Source of the DNA: Catajapyx aquilonaris | Lineage: Eukaryota | Reading direction: 5' to 3' | Length of the DNA stretch: 64,000 nucleotides | Assembly: GCA_000934665.2 (NCBI GenBank) | Contig: JYFJ02000935.1 | Location: 1 to 64,000 of the forward strand | Position numbers and translations under genes: made by a program | Shown here: positions 14,467 to 27,987 of the stretch, one piece after another | Layout of the letters: every line of letters starts with the position of its first letter | Numbering within the stretch: the first letter of the stretch is position 1 | The notes under the pieces: generated by a model | The model's input: the letters and a program-made list of their open reading frames with translations, nothing else | Database searches by the model: none | What the model was told of the DNA's origin: nothing

Positions 14467-14745
14467 TAATATCTTACCCCGTTATCAGCCTTTTTTGGCT
14501 CTTTAGGGGGGATTTGTGTTTTGTCTGGAACTCTTGCGTACATTTTTACTTTGATTTTTGGGATAGGATAGGAAAGGAAGAAGGCGGCTGTGGCCTATTA
14601 ATTTAGGAAACAACTCCGGAATTCTTCTGGAGGGACCGTGGGAAACCACAGAAAACCACGGTTAGAGTTGCCGGCCACGGGGCTCGAACCCAGGACCTCC
14701 CGATTAGCAGTCGGACCCTATAGCCACTCCACCAAACTGCTTCGG
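14467..14745 (-). mobile_element. tRNA-Ser(GCT)-like SINE, copy 1
   Basis: Minus strand has A box TGGTGGAGTGG, anticodon arm TCCGA-CTGCTAA-TCGGG and B box GGTTCGAGCC. The body aligns end to end with 31803-32077. It is flanked by the direct repeat CGGTGCTTGGAG(G/A)ATAATATAA (14445-14466 and 14743-14764). Confidence 0.92.
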
Positions 14746-16058
14746 TGCTTGGAGAATAATATAACTCACAGGATATGTGACAAAATGGAAACTTGGCATC
14801 AGATGACCACCGTCACGAAGTCAAAATCAACTAGAGTGATTTCTTCTTGGAAGTTTGCCCCTTTTATCAAAGATTCTTTACAAACACATCGCCAGGTTCA
14901 ACTCGGCACCACAATTAGACCAATTGGACCTGCGATTTGATTGCGGAATCCTGGCTCCCAGAGTTTTGAACCATCAACCGTCGGTGGCCACTCCTGCGGC
15001 CAAGAACCGCCATTTGCTGAACAATCTTGCAAATTGTCGTTGGCGGAACGATTTTTTTTTTTGGAAGCAGTCTTGCAAAAGGGGTGGGCGTGGAAGTTGG
15101 CCGGCACCAAAAACTGGTCAATTCGCATCGCATCCCAGAATAAGTCAGCCTGCTGATACATGCCCAGAGTGTAAGAGGGCCGTTTGTTGACGGCACTCAA
15201 ACGCTGATGGCGTGGCCTAAATCAAAGTCAGAGGCTCGAGCCAAGAAAAGTCCCCGGAAAAAGACTTGTGGCAGCGGCAATGCCAATTTTATGATTGACC
15301 GAATTTGTGCCCTAAGTGCGTAGTACTAGCAATCGCTATTTTTCTATCCCAGTTCCTTCACTAGAGTTGGGGAGTGGTGGCTACTACCACAGTGGCTGAG
15401 CGAAGGCCTCTGAAAGCGGGCGCCGAGATGGATGGCGACGCGCTCCCTTCTCCCGAATGGCCCTGCAATTTGGCAGCGAGGACAAAGGCTGCTTTTTGCC
15501 TCCGTGCTGGTCGAAAAGGAAAAGGTGGGGGACGGCCGGGGAGGATGGGTTCGGGTGAGCGGTGAGGACACATTCGTTACGAACCAGACAGGCCATCAGT
15601 TTCTGTCGTGGGGGGGAGTCAGGGTGGCACACCCTCCCTTTACCAGCCACTAGCACACCCAAGTCCTACCCGTTGCCAAAAGGCTCTGAAAGACAACGAC
15701 GGAGGGTACAGGAGACATGGCCACACACCCCCAGGTTTTTGGAGGGAAACAAAAAATTTCATTACACCCGTAGTGCACACGACAATATTCGGTCCCATCT
15801 GGAGGCTGTAGGGATACTGTCAGCGGTTTTGGATAGGTTTGAGGAAAGTGGTCACCGGGAGCTGGAAGATTGGACTGCTTTTTACACCTGCAAACACGCG
15901 CGTGTGCCGTTTAGTAGAGCAGGTTGGTGGACATGCTCCCAAACATTGCTATTCTCTAGGTTACTGTAGCCAGCGTACAGGATGTTCATATTCACTGTTT
16001 GTTACTTCAGTTTTGGATACATTAAAAGTACAAAGGTTTGTTATGTGGGTCAGAAAAA

Positions 16059-16560
16059 TGAATAAGTTGTTTCGAAAAGGACTTAAGTCCAGATGGCCGT
16101 ACCATATTGATTTACAATTATTTTGCCACAAATACAGGGCCCTTACAGGTCAGCAGATAATGCATTCGGCTCCAGGAGGATGCTATCCATATGTGTGCCT
16201 AACTGCTGACCTGTAAAGTCACTGTATACGTGGCAAAATAAATAAATTGTAAATCAATATAGTATACGGCTGTGTGGACTTAAGTCATTTTCGAAACAAC
16301 TGATTCAACTGCTGGCAGTTCCGGGAGTGGATGAGACGCATCGCGCCGCACCACAAAAACGTGGTTCCTGGAGAGTCTGCAGGCGTTGGCACACCCATGA
16401 CTCCTGTGCAATTCGTCTCAAGGATGATTCTGTCGATAATGTGTGCCTATCTGCCGACCTGTAAGGGCCTTGTCTTTGTGGCAAAAATAGAAATATATTG
16501 TAAATCAATATGGTACGGCCCTCTGGACTTAAGTCATTTTCGAAACAACTGGTTCAAATA
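16059..16560. mobile_element. Degenerate MITE/foldback with one left arm and two right arms
   Basis: The left arm (~16059-16166, AGTTGTTTCGAAAAGGACTTAAGTCC...CTTACAGGTCAGCAGA) is the reverse complement of both ~16191-16308 and ~16439-16560. Confidence 0.8.
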
Positions 16561-19473
16561 TGGTTCATGCATCAACAACAACAACCGAATCGCAGTTAAA
16601 CTTTCAGATTATAATAATGTACTATTAGCTCGCTGGCCCAGTGACACCAGGGCCCTTACTCAGCGTCAGTGATAATCCACCTACAGAAGTTAGGAACAGT
16701 ACAGTTTGATGAGAAAAATGCTGAATAAATAAGCTTATTTAGACTACTCCCAGTAAAATGCCAACTCGAGTCACTTGGATGACAACCGTAAGGACTACTC
16801 ACCACTTCCAACTCCACCCCGAGCTCCATCCATTCCATCTATGTGCACAATACGGTCTCCGTTATTCCTCACAAACTCAATGCCCTATAGTGTGCTTTGT
16901 TAAGTCTGTATGGTACATGCCAGTGGGTTACTAATTGCCTAATCAGGTCTGGTGGAATTCCTTCTCTTCACGCACTTTGTATTCAACTGTACTACGGATC
17001 CTAACAAATGATTCGAGGGTGCATTGAAAGGAAACAAATTTGGTGCGCACAGCACTTGTTCACCTCTTTGTTTTCCGCCAGAAAAAGCAAATTAACCCGT
17101 TGCAAGCACGAGGACTAGATGATGACAGCTCTATAAATGCTCTATATAAGGATTTATTATCCAGTCGCCACAGTTGGCGTGAGCTCCGCTATAAACGCAC
17201 CTGATGCTTATCGGTTTGTAATATTTCTCCACCCGGTCAACCTCCTCATCCGTTCATTTTTTTTGCACATGGCATTGTTCGAACGCAGGCTGTTTTAATT
17301 ATCTAAGAATAGCTGCGATCTGAATGGTACGAATATAAAAAAGTAAGTGCGCTTTTTTTTGTGAGCAACAAATTTTTGTGCGCTACTCCCCCGGCATTAT
17401 TAAGATGAGATCGCGAATAATTTAGCCCATCACGCAACCTCTTGGCACGTCTGCTAAAACAGTCGTTTACAACAGTGCATTTCAGGGCCCATTATCTGAG
17501 AAAAGCGCTCATTTATAACATTTAGTCTAACGCTGCCGTGAATGTCTCCTCCAGATATTCAGACTTCAAGTCACGGAACAATCTTAAGTTTAGGAGTATT
17601 GTTGGTGATTTTATCGCTAGCAATAAGGAGCACCTTCTCTGGCAGGTTGGCTTTGAAAAGTTAGTTGGTAGGGGTAGCATGATGCACACTTCGCTCAGAC
17701 TTTTCAATTACTTCATGTTATCAAAGTGACAACAATGCATTTTGTTCAATTTAAGTTCAGTCCCATCCATTTCTTGATAGCAATATATATGTTCTGATAT
17801 CTACAACTCTATGGCGCAAACAGCATCGTAACGCAGGGCTATGGACTGATAGACATCTTAACGGTTAGTTCCTTCCTACATTAGGGGAGTATAAGCCATG
17901 ACATTCAATGAGACGAGCCACGAACAAGTCCTACTGAATCTTACGATACTTGAAAACAGGAAATGTAAACAAAGTCCATTCGTCCCTCATTTTGGACTAT
18001 CAGCAACCAAAACAGAAATCCCCCTTCCTACTCTGGACTAACGGTAATATGCAAAAATCTGCTGAAGTTCTGGACTCTTCAGCAATTTCACCCATGAACG
18101 CCTAACTTTTTGGGGTTGCCATGTTTACTTACATTTTCAGGAGAGAAACTCGGTGATGCATTTCCATTCCACTTGAAATTTCCCTTTTTAATCTACGCCC
18201 TTCCTGGAAACGCCTGGAGCAGACGGGAAACGTAATTTAGGTCCGAAATTGCATATGCATACTGATTGATCCAACCAACTGGATTTGTGTCTTGATTTGG
18301 AAATCTGGTTTCCGCACTTGAGAGCAAATTGCTTCGGAATATTACACCTCCAAAGAGAAATGATCCGCACAGGAACTGCCTTGAAACAAACGGAAGGAAA
18401 GGAGGGCACATTGGACGGGACAAAAAAAAAATCAGTTTCAAACCACCGTGTTATAACAATCCGGGAATGAAATTAGTCTCGTCATGCACAATCCTGTGCT
18501 TTTTCTGTCACATCTCCAATTTTCTTTTCAGGAGCGCCCCATTTTTCAATATAGGCCTACCATGATGTCAGACACAGCCGGATATTGTTGTACACACTTT
18601 GAAAAGTTTGGACAAACTGTAGAAATTATTAAATCGTACATGAAGAATTGTTCCAGTCGCAAATTCCCCTCTTAGCGATGCAAATTAACTCGTAACAGTT
18701 ATGTAAGGTTCCTTAGGAGTCATTTTAGGATTTGTTAAGTGGATACCACTGTTCGCGGTGGAAGTTGGCAAGGAAAACATATGAAGCACTGAGGACCACA
18801 AACTATAATGATAGGCGTCCTCTCCTCAGCCAGCGGACATTCATGTTGGGTGGTGGACCCATAAATGGGGCATGTGACTAGCGCTCAACTTGAATAACGG
18901 CCTGGGTAGAAATCACCCCTGATTCTTGTTTACTTCTTGCAGGAACGACTTTGACAGTTTTTATCATGGGCCATGGCTCTCAAGAAATTCTGGGCATAAA
19001 TTCGGTTTTCTTAGCTCAGATCTCATATGCCAATCATTTCTGTGATATGAATTTTCATTTCGGAATAACACTTGTAAATCCAGTACAAATTCGTACTGGA
19101 TTTGGATGTGACATGTTTATACACACCTAACGTCGACTTTTCCCCACATATTTATTTTGAAAAAAGTACGTCTTGCACAATGCTTTCAATATCCTGGAGG
19201 CCAAATACTTCCCAGGTCACCCCGCCACTGGCTGGAAGCAGACGAAGCGTGTCTTTCAATCATCAGAATCCATTTTTCCCAAGGCGTCCCCACCACCACC
19301 ACATACTATAGCTAGGTGCCAAATCCCTTTTTACCCACCCATCCACCCACTCCCCCCCGTTTTTGCATGCCATCTTTTATTTAATGTGGGGTGGGGGTGG
19401 GCGGATGTCCTCCCACTCGGAGCGGGGCTGGAAATCTCAATTCAGTTTCCCGCGGTCGAAATGGGGCAAAGCA

Positions 19474-19481
<8 letters not shown>

Positions 19482-19529
<48 letters not shown>

Positions 19530-19539
19530 NGAGAGAGAG
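19482..19539. repeat. (GA)n microsatellite with N at 19530
   Basis: Seen directly; source of the ERERER ORFs. Confidence 0.95.
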
Positions 19540-20806
19540 GGTGTGTAGGGATGTTGGGAGGTGGAATCGGAGAGGACAAGGGTTTTTCTGAGGGTGGAGA
19601 CTATAGCATGGGGCTCACGTTCCCGTGATATATGCCGGTCTTGAACTTCATTATCTGGGCCGGCGGGTTGACGGCAAGGAGCGAGGTGGGTAGGGTGGGG
19701 TGTGGTGGGAGGATGGAGTCCCACTCTTTGGTGCCTTGCCAGGAAGAAAATAACATCGGCGACTTTGATTCGTACCCTACATCCAGTACCCCCACTCCTT
19801 TTTTCGGTCCCTTTCTTAGGGAGGGTGCACACACACAAAAAAAAATGCTGGAATTGCCGAGGTTTCATCATGGGCGTAGGAACCCCTGCGCCCTATTGTC
19901 AGGGATTTGGGAGAGAAGCTGTCAGGAGATGCTCAGAGACCCTCATCCACCATACTGCTTGATGGACAGGGTGTTGTCACACACCAGGCGTGAATGCATG
20001 TGGCTATCTTCACCCCTCTGGTTTGGGTACAGAGCACATTCGTAGGAAATTTTTCATGCAACTGTGTAAACTAGCACTGATATTTAAAAGTTGAAAATGC
20101 GACGTATATTAAGTACAACCTCCATGGCAGGTCAAAATCAGTCATGCTCCAAGGGGAACTAGTCCGGACGGGTGTAAATTCCCTGAATTTCTGCCACAAT
20201 TTATCATTAGGCATGAAACAACATGAATCATTAGCCGTGCCGTTCGTCTCGCACGCAAACTCAAATCTGGACATTTCGCGATTGATGGCACCGCTTCTGA
20301 GGAGGTCTCAAACGCCGTTCCCCCCACCATCCTCCCACCACCTCATCCCTCTCCCTGTGTTATTTGATCATATCCGATGCTACTGCCACAATACCCAAAT
20401 TAATGGATTCTAATCTCCCAAAGTGCGCGTGATGAAATATACATCTTCATAAGCACCGCTTTTAACTACGATGGTAGACCGATTCCCCCCCACCGTAACG
20501 GTGTGATAAGGAGGACCGGAGTTTAAATATTCCCTTTATGACGGTAATCCATCCCTTTGTAGATTACACTTTCCATCCACCCCCCACCCTCTCCCACCTC
20601 TCTTCCAAAGCATCCTTTCAGCCAAGGGAAACGAACCTTCACCTGATAAAAATGGCATTGATTTTGTGCCGCTTCCGACCCTGGACTACATTCACCATAA
20701 ATTCTGGGTTTCCGACAAGCGGGCCCAGAGATCAAGCCATGTGCAGCCAGCCTATCGGGTGTCACTAGCCACGATTGAGTGCGCCGGAATCCCAAGAAAG
20801 ACCAGG

Positions 20807-20811
<5 letters not shown>

Positions 20812-20870
<59 letters not shown>
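20812..20870. repeat. (GA)n microsatellite
   Basis: Seen directly. Confidence 0.95.
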
Positions 20871-20873
<3 letters not shown>

Positions 20874-21257
20874 TCCAACTTTTTAGCCTGATACACGCCA
20901 TTAAGGATGAGGAGGTGGGTTGGGGGTTTCAAGGAAGGAGGGTTTTCCATGCAATGCATGTTGTTCGACCGGTAAATCTCGCTTTTTTCTTCCGGAGCTC
21001 ATCCAACCACACTTTTCTACAAAAAAGGAGGAAGTGGAGCTCTCAAGAAATCAATCCAGTTCCTTAATGTTACAGTAAGAATCCATTGGCAGAGACTGGG
21101 CTTCAAGTAGTAGGAGGTTGGGTACAATATGGGATTCTATTTAGGAGCTGGCAAAAGGTCAAAAAGGCGAAATACGCAATATAGATGTACATTGTACAAT
21201 AGGGTGGGGTGAATAGTTTCACGTTGTGAATAGAGCTAAGCTAAGGATTTTAGAAAA

Positions 21258-21313
21258 TTGGTATGTTCAAGATGTCGTTATGTTGTTGTTGTTGTTTTGG
21301 TATGTTCAAGATG
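21258..21313 (+). mobile_element. 22-nt (TGT)n-rich insert between perfect 17-bp direct repeats; probable tail-only retroposon insertion
   Basis: TTGGTATGTTCAAGATG at 21258-21274 and 21297-21313 flanks TCGTTATGTTGTTGTTGTTGTT. Confidence 0.65.
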
Positions 21314-24300
21314 AGCTCACATGTTCTGACTATTGCAGGTAAGTAGAAACAGGCCATATAACTAACAAAAGGCCACCTTATAGTTTAAAAAATTCCTCCC
21401 AACCAATATGACTAAAGTTTGTTAAAAAAATAGTTCAATGAAAATTTTCACAGCAGACAAAAACCAACTAATCATCAGGTCGTTTTCACATAGCCCGACG
21501 TGTCGTATCAACGAGTTGAAACTGCCTTGATTATTCTTTCCCTGAAGCTCCGTGTCTCAAGATGGGAAACTTTGGAACAACTGAACACCACCAGAACTTC
21601 CTAGACAATTTCTCTCCGTATTCCAAGAATTAGCAAAGCAGAATCCGCAAAGGCAGGAGCAGAATCTGAACACAACGAGACTTCAGAGAGAGGTTTGCGG
21701 GATGACTTTGAGAGCACAAACTCCTCTTCTTGCAGTTAACTTTGTCCTCCAAGTGTCACTCTAGGAAACTATTGTCTGCAGTGCCGTCCTTACAATATTC
21801 ATGTACAGTACTAAGCCGGATAAGATAAAATTCATGCAGATTTCCCCGGTACAAGATGTACGATTTGTGTACCTGTACCTGATATGGGCCATTAGTATAG
21901 TGGACAAGCAGGGAAATTGTCCTAATTCAGCGAACCTGTCGTAACAAAATTTTTGTTTAGTTCTGGTGTTGTTCGTGTATTTTTGTCATAAATAAATATA
22001 ATTTTTTGGTACGGAAATTTTTTGCAAAACGAATTCACTTTCTGAAAATCAGCAAGGCGGCCATTACATTAGTCAGCTGTAAACTTTTCCTACCTGGGGA
22101 ACTCTCCGATATTAAAATGGAGGGTTCCATTGCTGGTCAGCTGAGTGGGCCTAAAATCTCCCTCCGCTCTATTTTGCCCTTTTCTCCCCGTGTGAACGCA
22201 AAATCCTACAATTCTGGTCTACTTTTTTCCTCCGACTGCGATTAGGAGTAACCATCACAACTTTTGTTGCCCATATTTGCCCCACCTCTAACCCACTTTG
22301 CCCCTGGGTGGTGCCGTCAAGAAAACCGACCTGTGACCTTTCACAGTGGACTCTCCAGCAATGTCACCCTAATAGTCCAACCTGGTAGAATCACATCCCC
22401 CCAACCCCCTTTTTTCAAGGCAAAAAAAGCTCCGTCCCTAGTATCACCTCCGCCATGGGATTACGCCGCCCAGGCGCACTAATTTGTGCCATTTTCCAGC
22501 TCCTCCGGAGAAAATGAGGGCTGGCGCTTAATAGGCGCCGGGTGGGGCAGAAGTGGATGTAGGCGGGGGGGGCTGGGTGTAGTCGTAGAGGGGGGTTGTA
22601 GGAACGGGAGGGGGGCTCTTTCGCTGCGAAGGATTAGGACCCAAGTAGACGACCAGAGCCCATTTCCCCTCATCTCCACCGCGCCTCATGCTTTCCATTT
22701 GCCGGCAGGATCCTCCCAGGGACACAAGAAAGAGTAAGGGGGAGAGGTGGTAGGGGGGGGGGGAAGAGGAGGAGGTAAAAAAATCTAGGCAGCTGGATTA
22801 CGGTTATTCACTTGAAGGTAAATCCAGCTAATTGGGCGGGCACGTTCCTTGCATCAAGGATTGCACGCTTGCGATGGAACCACCCCCTTCCTTCCCCGTC
22901 TCTTACCCACGGTCCCCCTTCCTCCTTCGATGAAATACTGCCCTAATTACTCCGGGAACTCGCCTAGAGTGCTACTGAAGGAGGATCCCCGAGCATGCTA
23001 TTCCCGCTTCCATATCATATATCATGTAATTTTACTCTACGTGTGCCGTTGGCCAAGGAAGACACGGGATTAGAACGACTGTCTCACCAGGCATTGGATC
23101 AGAAGAGAAGGCAACGTGTACTTCATCACAGGCATGCATGGAGAATCAGTTCTGAGAGCAAAGCATACCATCTTATCAGGACTGTGGGAGAGCCTTACCG
23201 CGTGTGGAGTATAGAAAAGAAGGGCAGGTAGGGTAGATGTACTGATAACTTCTCTCTACACATTATATCAGCTGAGGTCAAGCCGTGCCGGTTCGATAAT
23301 AATATTCTGCAGTATTGAAACCATTTTGTAGTGGTAGAAAAAGACGCACAAAAGAATATTCCCCAAAAACGCCTATGATAAACTAAATTGTTTATGAAAT
23401 AATTCAAAGCTTATGGAACCATAGCGATCATTAAATGGGAAATTAACACCAACAGTGCTGTGGCCAACCCGTAGACTATTAGTCTATCAGCCACCCAGAA
23501 TAGAGCGTGTTCCAATTAAGGTGTCTGTTTCAATCAGCATTTTGCGCATGCAATGTCTTATTCTCGGAAAATCAGAACAATTCTTATCAGGGCAATATTA
23601 AATGATAATATGTTCGACGACCAATAAAAGTAAGCATCATAAGGTAACTGCTTAATAATACGCAGCTTAATGCAAAAGGCAGACCCAAACATTTCAATTG
23701 TAACAAACAGTACAACAGCATCCCCATAAGGAGCTGACCTCTCACCGAGCTTGAAGTGCGCATGGTCCACCCCAGACAAAAACCCCGTATCAAATGTCAG
23801 GCAGACCCGAGTCGGTCCACCCTAGATTAATCGCATTTCAGGCAACTGGAGAGCGTCCGCCACATAATCTAGGACCCGCGTCCATTTCCAAGTAATTCAG
23901 AGTTGTAAAGGCTCCGCTCTTCCGCGGAGAATGAAAATAAATCGGAGTACTCGAGTGCCGTCCATTAATCCCGAGGTGTGTTTCTAGCAAGAGGAATGTG
24001 GTGTCGTCCTTGTCGCCACCACAACTAGGCTACTCTTGACACTGGCGTCAAGGCTAGAATAATTCCGAGCAATCTTTCCCTCGCCAACAAAGCCATAAGG
24101 GGAAGAGGGGGAGAAGAAGCCAGCGTTGGGGAGGGGGTGGTGGTGCAAAACACCCGAATTAAGCTTTTGTCGTACACGATAAATTATTATTACCCTTCTT
24201 CCTGGCTCCTCCCTTTTTCACACTAATTCGCACCAACGCCTTCCAGACACAAGGGTAAAAACAGGCGCTAAGCTAACTGATGCGTCTCATTTGGAACGGG

Positions 24301-24870
24301 GGAGACGGGGAGATGGGAAGGAAGGAGGAGGAGAATGGCGATGTCTTCAAGGCTGCAGTTGTAGCAAAGTTGTGTCCCGAGGACCTGCATGAAATCGCAT
24401 CCATCAAAACGCAACGAGATTCCCGCAGGTTGTTGTAGGAAATAATTAAACTGCGCCAGCAAAATTCAATTTCGAGGCGCAACTTTCTTGCTCGGGAAAA
24501 GTGGATTTTTTTGCGCTGCCGGAATTGTAATCACCTGCGGATTTACAGGAAGTGACGAAAACGTCTTGCTCTTTTTGCCATTAATTGCATGCCATAAGCG
24601 AATGTCAACTACTGATGCTATCTCAACCTTATTATAATTAAGGTTTGATTATTATCAGAGTAATGTTTGACCTCAGATCTTTACTCGAAAATAAATGAGT
24701 TAATGGCAATGAATATCATAATATACGGTACATTATTCATTGGCGAATTTGCAGGACCACATGGTTACAATACAACAGCGCAATCTGCATGGCTTTAAAT
24801 AATAGCTTATTAAGATTGCCTTCCGTATCAACATCATTAATGAATATGAAATTATGTAGAGTAAATCCTA

Positions 24871-25804
24871 CTTGCTCTGATCTGAAAATATTGGGACACC
24901 CCCAAAAAATGGAGTGGTGGGGTTATACACAGGATGTGATAAAAAGTTTCCATTAAGATTATCTGGACTTTAGAATGGATAATTATGAATAGTAACAATT
25001 GAGCTAGGAGGATACCAAATTTGAAGTTCATTTGACAGTTAACAACTGAAATAAATACGATTATACCTTGGACAGTGAATTTCTGTGGGGTCTGGTAAAA
25101 ATTGCTGCCACTATGTTAATTTCTTACTTAGCGGGATGTAAATGTTGATAATGAACCTGAGGGGCCGCACAAACCCGAAAACAGTTATGACATTAATTAC
25201 AAAAAATCTAGCACAAAATTAAAAAATATTTATCATGGCTTGCAGATATGCCATTTTCTGTGAATTTTTGAATTAAGGAATATTTAAAGCCATTTTACTT
25301 TAATTGCAATGAAATTTTTTATCATAGCACGTTGGACTGAGTTCTAGATAAACAATACTATCACATTTTAATTTATTAATAAATAACACCGTTAAATGTG
25401 GTACAGCCAAGTGTATCAATTTCTGAAAAAATCCACTTGCGATAAATATTTTTTAATTTTGTGCTAGATTTTTTGTAATTAATGTCATAACTGTTTTTGG
25501 GTTTGTGCGGCCCCTCAGGTTCATTATCAACATTTACATCCCGCTAAGTAAGAAATTAACATAGTGGCAGCAATTTTTACCAGACCCCACAGAAATTCAC
25601 TGTCCAAGGTATAATCGTATTTATTTCAGTTGTTAACTGTCAAATGAACTTCAAATTTGGTATCCTCCTAGCTCAATTGTTACTATTCATAATTATCCAT
25701 TCTAAAGTCCAGATAATCTTAATGGAAACCTTTTATCACATCCTGTGTATAACCCCACCACTCCATTTTTTGGGGGTGTCCCAATATTTTCAGATCAGGG
25801 CAAG
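24871..25804. mobile_element. Non-autonomous foldback DNA transposon (MITE), 364-bp TIRs, TA target duplication (Tc1/mariner-superfamily-like)
   Basis: 24871-25234 is the reverse complement of 25441-25804 with about 3 mismatches seen by eye. The spacer is 206 bp and AT-rich. TA occurs at 24869-70 and 25805-06. No transposase ORF. Confidence 0.93.
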
Positions 25805-27660
25805 TACATCGATAGGTCCCGCATTTAATAATTTTCCCGTATCCATCGTTTTTTCAGCTGTCCCGACAACAATGATGAATCTAGGTTTCATTGTGGAATT
25901 TTCTTAAGTATACTGCAGCGGATCATAGGTTGAATTTTGTTCAGTGACTTCAAAGTGTGAATTTTGTTTCTGACTCCCGCTTCTTTTACGCCGCATTCGC
26001 CTGATGTTAATCAATTTAACGCGGTCTCACCAAATAACGAGGAGGCATTTAAGTAGGTGGCAAAGCTTATATTTACTGGTGGTGTATAGTTTTAATTGCC
26101 GGCGTGTTCTGCAGCGACTAGTAATTCATTTACAGCATAATTCCGTAATTTTATTGCAGATTTTCTCTATTTTACTGCAGCATTAATTACCATCCATTAC
26201 AATACGTGGAACAGTAAAGGCGTAATGTTCTCAATGAAAGACAAATTAAAATGAGCGATATTAACGGCTGCTGCACCCCTGTAAGGACTGTAGTTTCGGG
26301 CTTTAGGGAACCCCACTCCAACAGGGCCTCAGCACAATAGTCCATATTGTTCGATTTGGAACAGCCGTGCAATTGAAATAGTCGCGCCAGATTTGACCCG
26401 AAAATGCCACTGGAAAATTTTAACTAACCAAATGGCTGGCCGAGTCCAGTCCACAAATTCACAGGGATTCAAAAATTTAATACACTAGACCACTGGGCAT
26501 GTCCATGCTAAATATTATACGTACATGTAAGGGTACCGGTCGGTTCGTCGCACCGCTCGGCGCCAATGGGCCGGTTCATTACTACAGCAGAAAATTACAC
26601 ACCTTCCCCCATGCATGAAGACCCGTTCTCTGGCAAACATCTTTATTAATGTGGAATAATGGGAATCCGATAATTAAATATTAGACTCGGCTTGCCTTTC
26701 GCCTGTACTGAATGGTGTGGGGGTGAGGGTGGGTTGAGGGGGTATGAGAGTGGCAGAGGGCGAAACTTTTCCACGGTGGCAGGTTAGCAATTGGCCCCGA
26801 TATGAAACATTCCTCAGCACTGGAGTGGAGGGAGAAAAAAAAATTCAACAAAAAAATGACGGCTAGCGCAAGAAATGGAGAGATTTTGGCGCACCAATCA
26901 CAGGTCTGCCTATTACTTTCCACAAAATATATTCGAAAACTTTCTCAACCGTACCCTTCTAAAAATCAGTAAATAAAATCCAATGGGATAGCCTTGCTGC
27001 AAATCGAAGGTGGTTTTCGCAATATTCCGGTTGAAATTCGGGTCATCATAGTGTATATTCTATTCCCCCCCTTTCCGAAGTAATGTATTTCAAAATTCAG
27101 ATTGACCACTTTCAGCTTACTGAACGCTTCTTGTCAATTTCCCACACGTGTATAAAAAGCAGGTAATCTGCAAGTTCATAGAGACTATGACTGCATCAAT
27201 AAATCCAAATTATTAGCACACCGGATCAATCCACTTGCAAATAACGAGTAGAATACTGATAATATCCTCTCAAATTCATCACGGATGACCAACGATCACA
27301 ACCACAAAAACCCGTGCGAATAATTAAAGCAAATTTTCCGGGCCAAATGCGATTCAACCTCGCGCATCTGCTTCGATCCAGCCACGAAATGGTCACATAT
27401 CCATCGGTGTACACTATCACAAAACCTCATGTCATACACGATCATTCAAGAGCCCCTCGACTCGCAGTATTAATTTTTTTAAATCCTGACTCACCAGGGC
27501 AACCCACATGTCTCTTTTGTGCAACTGGAAGTCTGTCATACAGGGGATATCAGCTTGGAAAGTTTATCCTAGCTCTTCAGGGCAACCCATCAGGCTGTAT
27601 TGCGCAACGGGATGCCTAGTCGGCAGGATGAAATGCGGCTCAGGCTTAACACACTAAACA

Positions 27661-27661
<1 letters not shown>

Positions 27662-27711
<50 letters not shown>
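27662..27711. repeat. (CTA)n microsatellite, left
   Basis: Seen directly. Confidence 0.95.
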
Positions 27712-27715
<4 letters not shown>

Positions 27716-27925
27716 TCTTCTTCTTCTTTAGTGGGGCTTAACGTCGGCCTATTTCTGTCGCTAGGCTCAACACCGACGCCAGGGGGTGGTCCTCCACCTG
27801 GAAATTTGGACACTCTGGGGATCTTTAACGTGCTCTCGCGCAATGTCACAAGCACACGGGACCGACGGCTTTACTTCCCCTCCGAAGGAAGGCGCACTCT
27901 CACTTTTCTACCACCCGGAGAAAAC
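27712..27925 (-). mobile_element. 5'-truncated SINE with Deu/Nin-like conserved central domain and (GAA)n tail
   Basis: Minus strand contains CCTTCGGAGGGGAAGTAAAGCCGTCGGTCCCG...GCACGTTAAAGATCCC, which resembles the Deu/Nin SINE domain as I recall it. It ends GTTAAGCCCCACTAAA(GAA)n and has no tRNA head. Confidence 0.75.
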
Positions 27926-27953
27926 ACTACTACTACTACTACTACTACTACTA

Positions 27954-27987
<34 letters not shown>
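27926..27987. repeat. (CTA)n microsatellite, right
   Basis: Seen directly; source of the poly-T/L/Y/V ORFs. Confidence 0.95.

Noticed and set aside
21320..21345. Plus-strand TATTGCAG|GTAAGT as a ratchet point
   Set aside because: Strong donor but weak pyrimidine tract and no downstream cryptic donor. It is the best plus-strand counter-example and should serve as a control.
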